Positions 14,401 to 27,206 of a stretch of DNA of 61,196 nt are shown piece by piece. Each line of letters starts with the position of its first letter. The stretch's first letter is position 1. The notes beneath the pieces are model-generated. The model had not been told where the DNA came from and ran no database searches. It worked only from the letters and a program-made list of their open reading frames with translations. This stretch comes from Anaeramoeba ignava BMAN. Lineage: Eukaryota > Protista > Anaeramoebae. Where the stretch lies: the NCBI GenBank assembly GCA_028826165.1, contig JAPDFW010000032.1:1-61196 (forward strand), written 5' to 3'. Both the position numbers and the translations under genes were made by a program.

Positions 14401-17400
14401 AAATTATAAATAAAAATTATAAAAATAAATAAAAATTATAAAATAAAATTATAAATTAAAATTATAAATAAAATTAAAAAAAATTAAATTATAAAAAAAA
14501 TTATAAATAAAATTATAAATAAAATAAATAAATAAAAATTATAAATTAAATTATAAATAAAATTATAAATAAAATTATAAATAAAAATTATAAATAAAAT
14601 TATAAATAAAATTATAAATAAAATTATAAATTAAATTATAAAATAAAATTATATAAAATAAAATTATAAATAAAAATTATAAATAAAATTATAAATTAAA
14701 ATTATAAAATAAATTATAAATAAAATTATAAATAAAATTATAAATAAAATATAAATTAAAAATATAAATTAAATTATAAATAAAAATATAAATAAAATTA
14801 TAAATAAAATTATATAAATTATAAATAAAATTATAAATAAAATTATAAATTAAATTATAAAATTAAAATTATAAATAAAATTATAAATAAAATTATAAAA
14901 TAAAATTATAAATAAAATAAATAAATAAAATTATAAATAAAATTATAAATAAAATTATAAATAAAATTATAAATAAAATTATAAAATAAAATTATAAATA
15001 AAATTATAAATAAAATTATAAATAAAATTATAAATAAAATTATAAATAAAATTATAAATAAATTATAAATTATAAATTAAATTATAAAATTTAAATTATA
15101 AATTAAATTATAAATTAAATTATAAATTAAATTATAAATTAAATTATAAATAAAAATATAAAAATAAAATTATAAATAAAATTATAAATAAAATTATAAA
15201 TAAAAATTATAAATAAAATTATAAAAAATAAAAATATAAATAAAATTATAAATAAAATTATAAATTATAAAATTAAATAAAAAATAAATAAAATTATAAA
15301 TAAAAATAATAAATTAAATTATAAATTAAATTATAAATTAAATTATAAATTAAAAAATTATAAATTAAATTATAAATAAAATTATAAATAAAATAATAAA
15401 TAAAATTATAAATAAAAAATAAAAAATATTATAAATAAAATTATAAATAAAAATTATAAATAAAAATTATAAATTAAATTATAAAATAAATTATAAAATT
15501 AAATTATAAATTAAATTATAAATTAAATTATAAATAAAAATTATAAATTAAATAATAAATTAAATTATAAATAAAATTATAAATAAAATTATAAATTAAA
15601 TAATAAATTAAATTATAAATAAAATTTAAATTATAAATCCAAATTATAAATAAAATAATAAATTAAAATTATAAATTAAATTATAAATTAAATTATAAAT
15701 TAAATTATAAATTAAATTATAAATAAAATTATAAATTAAATTATAAATAAAATTATAAATAAAATTATAAATAAAAATTATAAATAAAATTATATAAATA
15801 AATTATAAATAAAATTATAAATAAAATTATAAATAAAATTATAAATTAAATTATAAATTAAATTATAAATAAAATTATAAATAAAATTATAAATTAAATT
15901 ATAAATAAAAATTATAAATAAAATTATAAAATAAATTATAAATAAAATTATAAAAATTAAATTATAAATTAAATTATAAATTAAATTATAAATTAAAATT
16001 ATAAATTAAATTATAAATAAAATTATAAATTAAAATTATAAATAAAATCAAGGATTAAATTATAAAATAAAAATTATAAATAAAATTATAAATTAAAATT
16101 ATAAATTAAATTATAAATAAAATTATAAATAAAATTATAAATAAAATTATAAATAAAATTATAAAATAATAAATTAAAATAATAAATAAAATTATAAAAA
16201 AAAATATAAATAAAAATTATAAATAAAATTATAAATAAAATTATAAATTAAAATTATAAATTAAATTATAAATTAAATTATAAAATAAATTATAAATTAA
16301 AATTATAAATTAAATTATAAATTAAATTATAAATTAAATTATAAATTAAATTATAAATTAAATTATAAATAAAATTATAAATAAATTATAAATAAATTAT
16401 AAATTAAATTATAAATTAAATTATAAATAAAATTATAAATAAAAATTATAAATTAAATTATTAATTAAATTATAAATAAAAATTATAAATAAAATTATAA
16501 ATTAAATTATAAATAAAATTATAAATTAAAATTATAAATTAAATTATAAATAAAATTATAAATTAAATTATAAATTAAATTATAAATAAAATTATAAATT
16601 AAATTATAAATAAAATTATAAATTAAATTATAAATTAAATTATAAATTAAATTATAAATAAAATTATAAATTAAATTATAAATTAAATTATAAATAAAAT
16701 TATAAATTAAATTATAAATAAAATTATAAATAAAATTATAAATAATATAAATTAAATTATAAATAAAATTATAAATAAAATTATAAATTAAATTATAAAT
16801 TAAATTATAAATAAAATTATAAATTAAATTATAAATTAAATTATAAATTAAATTATAAATTAAATTATAAATTAAATTATAAATTAAATTATAAATAAAA
16901 TTATTAATTAAAATTATAAATTAAATTATAAATCTATTTTAGGTCACCTTTACTTAATGAAAATGATTTAGAAAATCCTTATCATTCAATTCTTGCTTCT
17001 GGTGATGTTCTTGGTCAATTAATTATTTGGGATCCAATAAATGCTAAAATTATTACAAAACTTCCTGATATTAAAAAAAGAAAACAAAGAAGAAAAATTT
17101 TAGAAATTAAATGGATTGAACAAAATAAAAATTATCTTTTAACTTTGCAAACACCATCAATTATTACTTTATGGAATATTAATTTAAATTCAACTAATTC
17201 TGAAATTATTGAAATATGGCAATTAGATTTGGAAAAAACAAATGATATTCATGAATCTTGTTTATTTTTTGAATTGAATACATCACAAAATTATTCAATG
17301 ATAATTGGTTCTGATACTGGAAATTTATTTTTCACAAATGGTAATTAAAATTAAAAATGAAATTAAAATTTAAATTATAAATAAAATTAATATTAATATT

Positions 17401-20400
17401 AAAATTAAATTTAAAATTAAATTAAAATTATAAATAAAATTACAAATTAAAATTAAAATTATAATTAATATTAAAATTAAATTTATAAAATTATAAATTA
17501 AAAGAATTCAAAATCCACAAAAAAAGACCACCAAAAATTCTTCGGAAAATTAAAACAGAAAGTCATGAAACAACAAAATTTTTTTCAGAAGAGATTTACA
17601 CACCATCACCACAGGATTTAACAATTAAACAAATTCAATTTGATCCATTTCAAAAAGACATATTATATATTGTTTATGCAAGAGACATTACAATTTTAGA
17701 TTTAAGAATCAACATGGCAATTTCAAGAATAATTTTAAATGAAGCAAGATCATCATTTATTCAATTAGTTTTGACAAAGGCTCAAAATCATTTATTTTGT
17801 TTTCATGAAGATGGAAGTTTAAGTATTTGGGTTCAACGTGTTACTAATAAAGTTATTAAATATGAACCAATTACTTTTTGTGAACAACTTAGAATTATTA
17901 AAAAGAAAAATGATGGTTTTATTATTTCAAAATTAGTAGCTTCTCCTTTTAAACCTAATAATTTTATTTTTGTTTCTGAAAATGAAATGTAATTAAAATA
18001 TAAATTAAAATTAATATTAAAATTCATTTATAAAATTTAAATTATAATTATATAAATTTTTTCGTTTTAGTTGGAAATTAACTTACAAAACTAAAAGAAA
18101 AAGAATGCAAAAAAAAGAATATGAACCTAAAATTTTATTAACAGGTTTATTTGAATTAATTAATTCCCCAATAACTTGTATGAGTGTTTCAGAATATAAT
18201 CGTAATTTAATTGGAATTGGAACAGAAAAAGGAAATATTCAAGTAAAAAAAAAAACCAACTTAAATTCTTTTAAAAATTCACAAAATAAAATAATATTTT
18301 TTTTTTTAATTTTTAGATCTTTAGTTTAGAGAAGTTTTTAATTAAATCATCATTTTTCATTTTAAATTCTCCTATTCGTGGTTTAAAATGGATTAGTGAA
18401 GATAAAATAATATGTTTTGGATACAAAATGTAAATTTATATTCATTTTCATTAAAAAAAAATAATAAAGTTTTTTTTATATTCTTTTTTTTTAGGGAAGA
18501 AAATTCTTATAAAAATCAAATTTTTATTCTTGATATTCAATCAGGATTTTTAAAAGAAATTCAAATTAAATTAGCAGAAAATGATTTTATTAGAAAAATT
18601 AAATTATCACCAAAACAACGTTATTTAGCAATTCTTTATAATAATTTGTTAGTGTTTTTTTTTTATTCATTTCATAAAATATTTATATTTATATTTATAT
18701 TTATATTTATAATAATAACAAAGAAAACCGGAAATTTGGGATCTTTTATTTTCAGAAAAATTTGAACCAATTTATAAAAAAAAGATTTCAGATTTTTTAT
18801 GGAAAGCAAATGAAAGATCAGATAAAGAAACATTTGTTTTTGCAACTAGAAAAGAAGGTTTTTTAAAAAATAATTTTTTAAAAAAATTAAATGAAAAAAA
18901 CAAAATAATTTTAATAATAATAAAAAAAAATAAAAGCAACTGGATTTCTTTGTTCAATTGAAGATCAAACATTATCACCTATTAGTAATATTTCTTTCCC
19001 AAAGTCAATGACAAAAACAAGTTGTATAGATTGGAACCGATTGTAAATATTAAAATTAAATTAATTCCGAAAAAAAATATTTATATTAAAAACCATTTTT
19101 TTTTACTTTTGTTTTATTATTTAAAATTAAAAAGAGTTTTAATATTTGGAAATTATTCAGGAAATTTATATTGCGCTTTTATTAAACCAGAATTTAAAAC
19201 TACAATTATTCAAGTTGGAGTAACTAGAATTGATCAAATCAAATTATCACCAAATCCAAATTCATTTTTATTGCTTGTTTTATTTATTGATGGAGAAATG
19301 TCAATTATAAATTTGAAAAATTATCAAAAAATTACATCAAATACTTCAAAATTGCAATTTAAGTATAGGATTACAAATGCAGATTGGATTTCTGAAACAA
19401 AAATAGTTGCAAGTAAGATATAATTTTAATAATAATTTTATAAATAATTTTAATAATAATTTAAAATATAATTTTAATAATAATTTTAATAATAATTTTA
19501 ATAATAATTTTATAAATAATTTTAATAATAATTTTAAATATAATTTTAATAATATTTTTAATAATAATTTTAATAATAATTTTAATAATAATTTTAATAA
19601 TAATTTTATTAATAATTTTAAATATAATTTTATTAATAATTTTAATAATAATTTTAAATATAATTTTAATAATAATTTTAATAATAATTTTAATAATAAT
19701 TTTAAATATAATTTTAATAATAATTTTAAATATAATTTTAAATATAATTTTAATAATAATTTTAAATATAATTTTAAATATAATTTTAATAATAATTTTA
19801 AATATAATTTTAAATATAATTTTAATAATAATTTTATTAATAATTTTAAATATAATTTTAATAATAATTTTAAATATAATTTTAATAATAATTTTAATAA
19901 TAATTTTAAATAGTGTGTAGTGATGGATTTTTAAGAATATTTGATGATAAACTAATTTGTCAAAATACAATTATTAATATTAATAATTTTACCAAAAAAC
20001 CTCAAGCACCTTATTTATTTCCTTATAAAACAACATTAAGTTTAAAAACTGCCTTTCAATACGGATTAAAAATCATTGAGAACTCAAATGAAATTGAAGA
20101 TGAAGAAATATTTTATATTATAAAAGATGATGAAAACGAAGTTAATAAACAATTGATTGAAATAAATAGTTCAATTTCAAACAAAACAAAGAAAGGAATT
20201 TCCAAATGTGATAATATTCCTGAATTATGTATTTTTACATCATTGTTTTTTGGAGATCAAAAAGAAGAAAGATTCTGGAAATTAGTTCTTCATTACCTTC
20301 AGTTTTTTTCGAACAATCAAGAACTATTAAAAGAAATAGAAAATCAAATTGAAAATCAAAATAAAAATGAAAATCAAAAAGAAAATCAAAATCAAAATCA

Positions 20401-21553
20401 AAATATAAATCAAAATCAAAATCAAAATCAAAATCAAAAAGAAAATGAAAATGAAAAAGAAAATGAAAAAGAAAATATTATTGAACATTATGATGATGAT
20501 GATGAAACAGAAATCCAAAAACAAATATTAGAAGATGAATATTTTTCAAAACCCAAAAAAGAAAGACTTTTTTCACTTTCAAGGAATTTTGGATTATTTC
20601 AAGAAACAGAGAAACTCAAACAAGACAGACTTCAAACAGCAGATTTCCACCAAACTTTCAGAGGGAATTTATATCCACTTGGGAAAATTATTATTGATGA
20701 TTATAATTTATTAAATCAACATTCAAAATCATTACCAATATTGATGGAAACACAAATGAAGAATCCAAGTTTTTTCCGAGATATGATGTTTGCAATAGCG
20801 ATATCTTCGCAAATTTCAAAAGATCAAACAATTCAAACAATCAAACAAATTGGAAGTAATTTAATTCTCAATGGAAATCATCATGATGGAGCTGAACTTT
20901 TATGTTGTTCTGGATTGCATGAAGAAGCTTGTAATTTATTACAAAATATTGGTAAATGGACTTATTCTTGTCGAATTGCAAAGTTTCATTTACCGTTTGA
21001 AAAAAGCAAATTAATTTTCCAAAAATATGCAAATCATTTACTTGTTCAAAAGAATCAAGAAAAAGCAATTGAAATTTTTTTGATGATTGGAGATTTTCAT
21101 TCTGTTTTACAATTTTTAGTTGAATTGAAAAAATTTGATTTAGCTTATCTATTTTATCTTTCATGCAAAAAATTTGGATTTTTAACTAAAATTGAAGAAG
21201 AAAATTTAAAAGAAAATTTAAAAGAAAATTTAAAAGAAAATGAAAATGAAAATTTAAAAGAAAATGAAAATGAAAATGAAAATGAAAATGAAAATTTAAA
21301 AGAAAATGAAAATCAAAATCAAAATGAAAATCAAAATCAAAATGATTCAATTTCTTTAAAAGATTTTATCCAAAAACCTTTTTCTTTAATTCCTTTAAAT
21401 GATTTGATTTTAAAATCCAAAATTGAATATGGAAACTTTGTTTTTCAACTTGGATTGATTAATTTTGCAAAGAATATTTGGATTAATTGTGGAGAAAGAG
21501 GAAAAGAATTAATTGGAAAGAATTTCCCAAAAAAAGAAGAAAAACAAAATTAA
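11408..21553 (+). CDS. WDR11: WD repeat-containing protein 11 (11 exons)
   Basis: N-terminus AINWGLQGLIAFGSHSAIVIFD...LQVLDGH..EVVCVQW matches WDR11; later LASGD, EDGSLSIW, FGDQKEERFWKLVLHYL, GAELLC. Ten GT-AG introns (about 11463-11568, 11702-16942, 17341-17504, 17989-18070, 18243-18316, 18430-18494, 18648-18723, 18858-18936, 19043-19134, 19412-19913) keep the frame to TAA 21553. Confidence 0.88.
11715..16930 (+). repeat. 5.2-kb intronic 12-mer satellite (TAAAATTATAAA / TTAAATTATAAA)
   Basis: Exact 12-nt period at both edges, noisy centre; almost purely A/T; lies in WDR11 intron 2. Confidence 0.97.
19420..19910 (+). repeat. Intronic 12-mer satellite (TTTAATAATAAT / TTTAAATATAAT)
   Basis: Fills the last WDR11 intron; produces spurious FNNN and KIII ORFs. 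Confidence 0.95.
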
Positions 21554-21688
21554 TTTTTTGAAAAAGAAACAAAACAATTTCTTTTTCATTTTATTTTCAT
21601 TTTTTTTTAAATCAATTTGAATTGAAAGAATTCAAACAAAAAAAAGAGAAACAATTTTTTTATTTTCATTTTTTTTTAAACTTCAAAA

Positions 21689-24600
21689 ATGATTTCAAAT
21701 AAAATTAATGAAAAATTTTTATCAATTTGTTTGAATGAAACAACAACTGAAAAATTAAAAAACAAAATTTTTGAAAAAATAGATATTTCAGTTTGTAATG
21801 AAAGTGGAGAAACAGGATTACATTTAGCATGTAAAAATAATAACGAGAATTCAATTGAAATTATTAAATACTTAGTTGAAAAAGGAATAGAAATAAATCA
21901 AAAGACAATTTATGGACTTTCTGCTTTAGCTTTAGCATGTGAGACGCAGAAAAAAAAATCATTTGAGATTATCAAGTATTTAATTGAAAGGGGAGCAAGT
22001 ATTGATGATAAAACAGAGTTTCAAGAAACTCATTTACATTTAGTTTGTGAACATCAAAATGAAAAATTGTTTGAAATTGTTAAATATTTAGTTGAAAAAG
22101 GTGTTGATATCAATTTAGAATCTTTCAGAAGAGGAACACCGTTGAATTCAGTTTGTTTTAATCTAAATCAAAATGAAGATGTATTGAAAGTTGTTAAATA
22201 TTTGGTTCAAAAAGGAGCTGATATTAATTTTCAAACTTATATGAAAGATACTCTTTTGCATTCTATTTGCAGAAATAAGAATAAAAGCAGAATATCAATT
22301 GAGGTTATTAAATTTCTTCTTTCAAAAGGATTAAATGTTAATTCTAAGAATGAAAGAAAAGAAACTGCATTGCATTTAGTTTGTGAAAATCAAATTCAAA
22401 TTCAAAATGAAATTTCGTTTGAAATTATTCAATTACTTATTTCAAAAGGTGCAAATACTAATGCTAAAAATGATATAAAAGAAACACCTTTACATTTGAT
22501 TTGCAAAAATCCAAAAAAAAGCAAAATATTGGTTGAAATTATTAAATTTCTTGTTTCAAAAGGAGCAAACGTTAATGCTAAAAATGATAGTAAAGAAACA
22601 CCATTACATTTAGTTTGTCGAATTGAGAAACAAAATCAAGATGAAATTGTAAATCAAATTGAATTTGATTTTGCAAATGAAATTCAATTTGAAAATGAAA
22701 ATTTAAATGGAAATCAAAATGAAAATTTAAATTTAAATCAAAATGAAAATGAAAATGAAAATGAAGAAAATCTATTTGAAATTATCAAATTTTTTGTTTC
22801 CAAAAAAGCAAATTTGAATTATAAAACTCGTAGAAAAGAAACGCCTTTATATTTACTTTCTCAAAGAAAAGATAAGAATTTATTTGAAACGGTTCAATTT
22901 CTTGTTTCAAAAGGCGCAAATGTGAATATCAAAACTGAAAGAGATGAAACACCTTTGCAGAATTTTTGTTATCAAAATTCATTCGAAATTGTGAAATTTT
23001 TGATAGAAAAAAAGGCGAATGTGAATACCAAAACAAAAAACACAAATCAAACAGCTCTTCATTTGGCCTGCCAAAGTAATTCATTTGAAATTGTGGAATT
23101 GCTTATTGGAAATAAAGCTAATATCAATGCGAAATCACACGATCAAGAAACACCTTTACATTTTGCTTGTAAAAACCCAAATTCATCTTTTGAACTGATT
23201 AAATTTCTTGTTTCAAAAGGAGCCGATCCAAATATTCAAACAACATTTCAAAACGAAACAGCTTTGCATTTTGTTTGTAAATATAAGCATGGAAATGCAT
23301 TTGAAATTATCAACTTTCTCATTTCAAAAGGAGCAAATATTCTCAACACAACAAAAAATGGAGAAACCATTTTGCATAGTGCTTGTCAAAACAAAAATCC
23401 GCTTGAAATTGTGAAACTTGTTATTGAAAAGGGAGTTGATATTAATTCAGCAACAAAATTTGGACAAACTCCTTTGCATTTTGCTTGTCAAAATAATAAT
23501 TGTGTTGAAATGGTCAAGTATCTTATTGAAAAGGGAGCTGATATCAATTCACGAACAAATTTTGGGCAAATTCCTTTTCATTTTATTTGCCAAAATGAAA
23601 ATGAAAAAGCTTTTGAAATGATTAAATTTTTTGTTGAAAGAGGAGTTGATATTGAAGCAAAAACTAGTCATGAAGAAACACCCTTGAGTTATATTTGTGT
23701 AAGTAAAAACCGAAATGCATTACAAGCGATGGAATTTCTTGTAGAAAATGGAGCAAATATTTATGCAAAAAACGAGCAAAACAAATCATATCTTCATTTA
23801 GTTTGCCAAAATCAAAATGGAAAAAATTCATTTAAGATCATTAAGTATTTGATTGGAAAAGGACTTGATATCAATCTCAAATCAGTTTATGAAGAATCAC
23901 CTCTTTGTGATGCATTGAAGAACAGAAATCTTTATGCAACCCAAATTTTATTAATGAATGATGCAAATATTTTCGATTTTTATGATTCACAAAGTTTAAA
24001 AACTTCAAAACAATTTATTCAGTTATTTTCTCAAGTTTACTCAATCAATGATGATTTGAATAATTTATTAAAATCAGATGAAAATTTTTCCGATTTTCAA
24101 ATTGAATCAAATGATTCTTTCAAATTTGAAGTTCATAAAATAATTCTTTTAACAAGATTTGAAAAGGATGAAAAAATATTGGAAAAATTTATTAAAGTTT
24201 GTAAACAAAAACCAAAAGAAGATGTTCAATTTGCTTTGAATTTTCTTTACACTGGATTTGTTGGTTTTGAGACTTTTTACAATCAATTTTCTTTTCCAGT
24301 TGATTCTGAAAATTATATTAAAAGTCGAGAAGAACTTTGGGAATTATTGAAAAAACAAGAAAATGAAATTATGGAATTTTTCAAAGAAATTGGAGTTAAT
24401 GATAAATGGTTTGAAACAAAAAAGGGAAGAAGAGGAGTAATAAGAGATTTAGTGAAAATGTATGAAGAAGATTCAACAAAAGATTTTAGAATAATTTTCA
24501 ATGAAAATCAAAATCAAAATCAAAATCAAAATGAAAATCAAAATATAAATCAAAATCAAAATCAAAATCAAAATCAAAATCAAAATCAAAATCAAAATGA

Positions 24601-24925
24601 AAATGAAAATCTAAATCAAAATATAAATCAAAATCAAAATGAAAATGAAATTAAAATTCATAAAATTATATTGATATTAAGAAGTGAATTATTTAAAGGG
24701 ATGTTTTTAAATGTTCAAGATTCTTCAAATCAAGTTCATGATTATTCAGAAAAATCATTTGAAACAATTCAACAATTAATTTATTTTCTTTATCATGATG
24801 AATTTAATAATGAAACAAAAGAAATTCCAAAAGAAATTATTGAAGAATTTGAAGATTTAAAAGATTATTATCAATTAAATGATAATTCATTAATTGATTT
24901 ATTATTAAAATGGGAAAGAAATTAA
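21689..24925 (+). CDS. Ankyrin-repeat protein (about 18-20 repeats) with two C-terminal BTB/POZ-like domains; intronless
   Basis: 1078-aa ORF; repeated ETPLHLVC...EIVKFLVSKGANVNAK; C-terminal SDFQI...FEVHKIILLTR and KDFRI...IKIHKIILILRSELFKGMF. Confidence 0.92.
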   Translation: MISNKINEKFLSICLNETTTEKLKNKIFEKIDISVCNESGETGLHLACKNNNENSIEIIKYLVEKGIEINQKTIYGLSALALACETQKKKSFEIIKYLIERGASIDDKTEFQETHLHLVCEHQNEKLFEIVKYLVEKGVDINLESFRRGTPLNSVCFNLNQNEDVLKVVKYLVQKGADINFQTYMKDTLLHSICRNKNKSRISIEVIKFLLSKGLNVNSKNERKETALHLVCENQIQIQNEISFEIIQLLISKGANTNAKNDIKETPLHLICKNPKKSKILVEIIKFLVSKGANVNAKNDSKETPLHLVCRIEKQNQDEIVNQIEFDFANEIQFENENLNGNQNENLNLNQNENENENEENLFEIIKFFVSKKANLNYKTRRKETPLYLLSQRKDKNLFETVQFLVSKGANVNIKTERDETPLQNFCYQNSFEIVKFLIEKKANVNTKTKNTNQTALHLACQSNSFEIVELLIGNKANINAKSHDQETPLHFACKNPNSSFELIKFLVSKGADPNIQTTFQNETALHFVCKYKHGNAFEIINFLISKGANILNTTKNGETILHSACQNKNPLEIVKLVIEKGVDINSATKFGQTPLHFACQNNNCVEMVKYLIEKGADINSRTNFGQIPFHFICQNENEKAFEMIKFFVERGVDIEAKTSHEETPLSYICVSKNRNALQAMEFLVENGANIYAKNEQNKSYLHLVCQNQNGKNSFKIIKYLIGKGLDINLKSVYEESPLCDALKNRNLYATQILLMNDANIFDFYDSQSLKTSKQFIQLFSQVYSINDDLNNLLKSDENFSDFQIESNDSFKFEVHKIILLTRFEKDEKILEKFIKVCKQKPKEDVQFALNFLYTGFVGFETFYNQFSFPVDSENYIKSREELWELLKKQENEIMEFFKEIGVNDKWFETKKGRRGVIRDLVKMYEEDSTKDFRIIFNENQNQNQNQNENQNINQNQNQNQNQNQNQNQNENENLNQNINQNQNENEIKIHKIILILRSELFKGMFLNVQDSSNQVHDYSEKSFETIQQLIYFLYHDEFNNETKEIPKEIIEEFEDLKDYYQLNDNSLIDLLLKWERN

Positions 24926-25065
24926 TTTAATTTAATTTAAAATAAAAAAAAAAAAAGCAAATACTATAAAAGAAAACAAGAAAAAAAATTTTTTTTTCAT
25001 TTTTTCATTTTTTTCTTTTCAATTTTTTTTTTTAAATTTAAATTAAACAATAAAAAAACAACAAA

Positions 25066-26235
25066 ATGAATAATTTTCAAAAAGAACAAATAATTAAATT
25101 TTTAAAAGAAAAAGAAAAAGAAAACATTCCATTTACTTTTTATGAATTTAAACAATCAATTAAACAAATTAATGAAATTAAACAAAATAATGAAATTGAA
25201 CAAATTAATGAAATTAAACAAATTAATGAAATTGAACAAAATAATGAAATTAAACAAATTAATGAAATGGAAGAAATTAATGAAATGGAAGAAATTAATG
25301 AAATTGAACAAAATAATGAAATTGAACAAAATAATGAAAATAAACAAAATAAAAAATTGAACATTTTTCATTTTTGACAAAAATAATGAAATTGAACAAA
25401 ATAATGAAAAATGAACAAAATAATGAAAATGAATAATTTTGAAAATGAAACAAAATAATTAAATTGAACAAAAAATGAAATTGAAAAAATTCCATTTGAA
25501 ATTTTAATGAAATGGAACAAAATAATGAAATTAAACAAATTAATGAAATTGAACAAAATAATGAAATTAAACAAAATAATGAAAATGAACAAAATAATGA
25601 AATTAAACAAAATAATGAAATTGAACAAATTAATGAAATTGAACAAATTAATGAAAATGAACAAAATAATGAAATTAAACAAATTAATGAAATTGAACAA
25701 AATAATGAAATGGAACAAATTAATGAAATTAAACAAATTAATGAAATTGAACAAAATAATGAAATGGAACAAAATAATGAAATTAAACAAATTAATGAAA
25801 TTAAACAAAATAATGAAATGGAACAAAATAATGAAATTAAACAAAATAATGAAATTAAACAAATTAATGAAATGGAACAAAATAATGAAATTAAACAAAA
25901 TAATGAAATTAAACAAAATAATGAAATGGAACAAAATAATGAAATTAAACAAAATAATGAAATTAAACAAAATAATGAAATTGAACAAATTAATGAAAAT
26001 GAACAAAATAATGAAATGAAACAAATTAATGAAATTAAACAAATTAATGAAATTGAACAAAATTAAAGAAATTGAAATGGAAGAAATTAATGAAATGGAA
26101 GAAATTAATGAAAAGTTATTTGCAGATTTTATAAAAGAACAAAAAGAAATTGAAGAATTTTTAATTGAAATTAATGAGGAAACAAAATATAAAGTTTATC
26201 AAAAAAGAAAACAAGAAATAAAGCAAACAAATAAC

Positions 26236-26270
<35 letters not shown>

Positions 26271-26776
26271 TAATAATAATAATAATAACAATAATAATAA
26301 TAACAATAATGAAAATGAAAATGAAAAACAAAATTCGATTTTGAAAACTCCATCAAATAAAAAAGCCAAAATGATTATTCCAACAACTTTAACTCATTCA
26401 ACGTAATCTTTCAATAATTCAAATATTTTAATTCAATTTAAATTTAATTTTAATTTAATTTAAAATAATTCTTAGTCAAAAAAAGAGAAGAACATTTAGA
26501 AGTCCTGTTAAAAAAATTAATACTTTAGTTTCAAAAGAAGAAATGCAAAAAATTGAAAATGAAATTGAAAAATTAAATGAAGAAATTTCAATTCTAGAAA
26601 GTAAATCAACAAATTCTAAAAGTAATGAAGAAGAAAAAGAAGAACATATTGAAAAACTTCATCAATATAATGATTTAAAAGATGTTGGACAAGTTTTATT
26701 AGGAAAAATTGCAGAAATGAAAGGAATTAGAACAAAAGATGTTTATTCTGAATATGATCTTGAATTAGATGATTAA
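25066..26776 (+). CDS. SWI5: SWI5/SAE3-family DNA repair protein with a long N-terminal repeat extension (frame broken in the noisy repeat)
   Basis: C-terminus HIEKLHQYNDLKDVGQVLLGKIAEMKGIRTKDVYSEYDLELDD is the Swi5 domain. Intron 26403-26475 links it in frame via KRRTFRSP to the upstream exon. The true start (25066 or ~26077) is uncertain. Confidence 0.75.
25155..26110 (+). repeat. 18-bp minisatellite (AATGAAATT[G/A]AACAAA[A/T]T; NEI[K/E]Q[N/I])
   Basis: About 50 units, open in one frame except around 25370-25510 and 26064. Confidence 0.93.
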
Positions 26777-27206
26777 AAACAACAAAATATAAAAACAGAA
26801 TAATTTTTATTTTAAATTTCTTTTTTTTTCTTTTTTTTTTTAATTAAATTTCTAATTAAAGATTGACGTATTTTATTTTTTAATTTTGTTTTTTTTTTTT
26901 TCTCAATTTAATAAAATATAAATTATAAAATAAAAATATAAATATTTTTTAAATGATCAATAAGAAAAAAAAAATAATTTAAATTAAAATTTTTTTATTT
27001 ATTTTCTTAATCATTTTTTTCTTTTTTTATTTTTATTTTGCTTTTTATTTTATTTTTATTTTATTTTTATTTTATTTTTTTATTATTTTATTAATCCAAA
27101 AAAAAAAATCCATTTTAATATTAAATTTATTATTAATTTTACTATAAAATAAAATAAATAAAACGGAAATTAAAATTCCAATTAAAAAAAAAAATTAATA
27201 ATAAAA

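Noticed and set aside
12090-16300. Apparently diverged core of the WDR11 satellite (also 4300-5900)
   Set aside because: Perfect edges with an indel-rich centre fit short-read polishing reaching only the flanks, not real sequence evolution.
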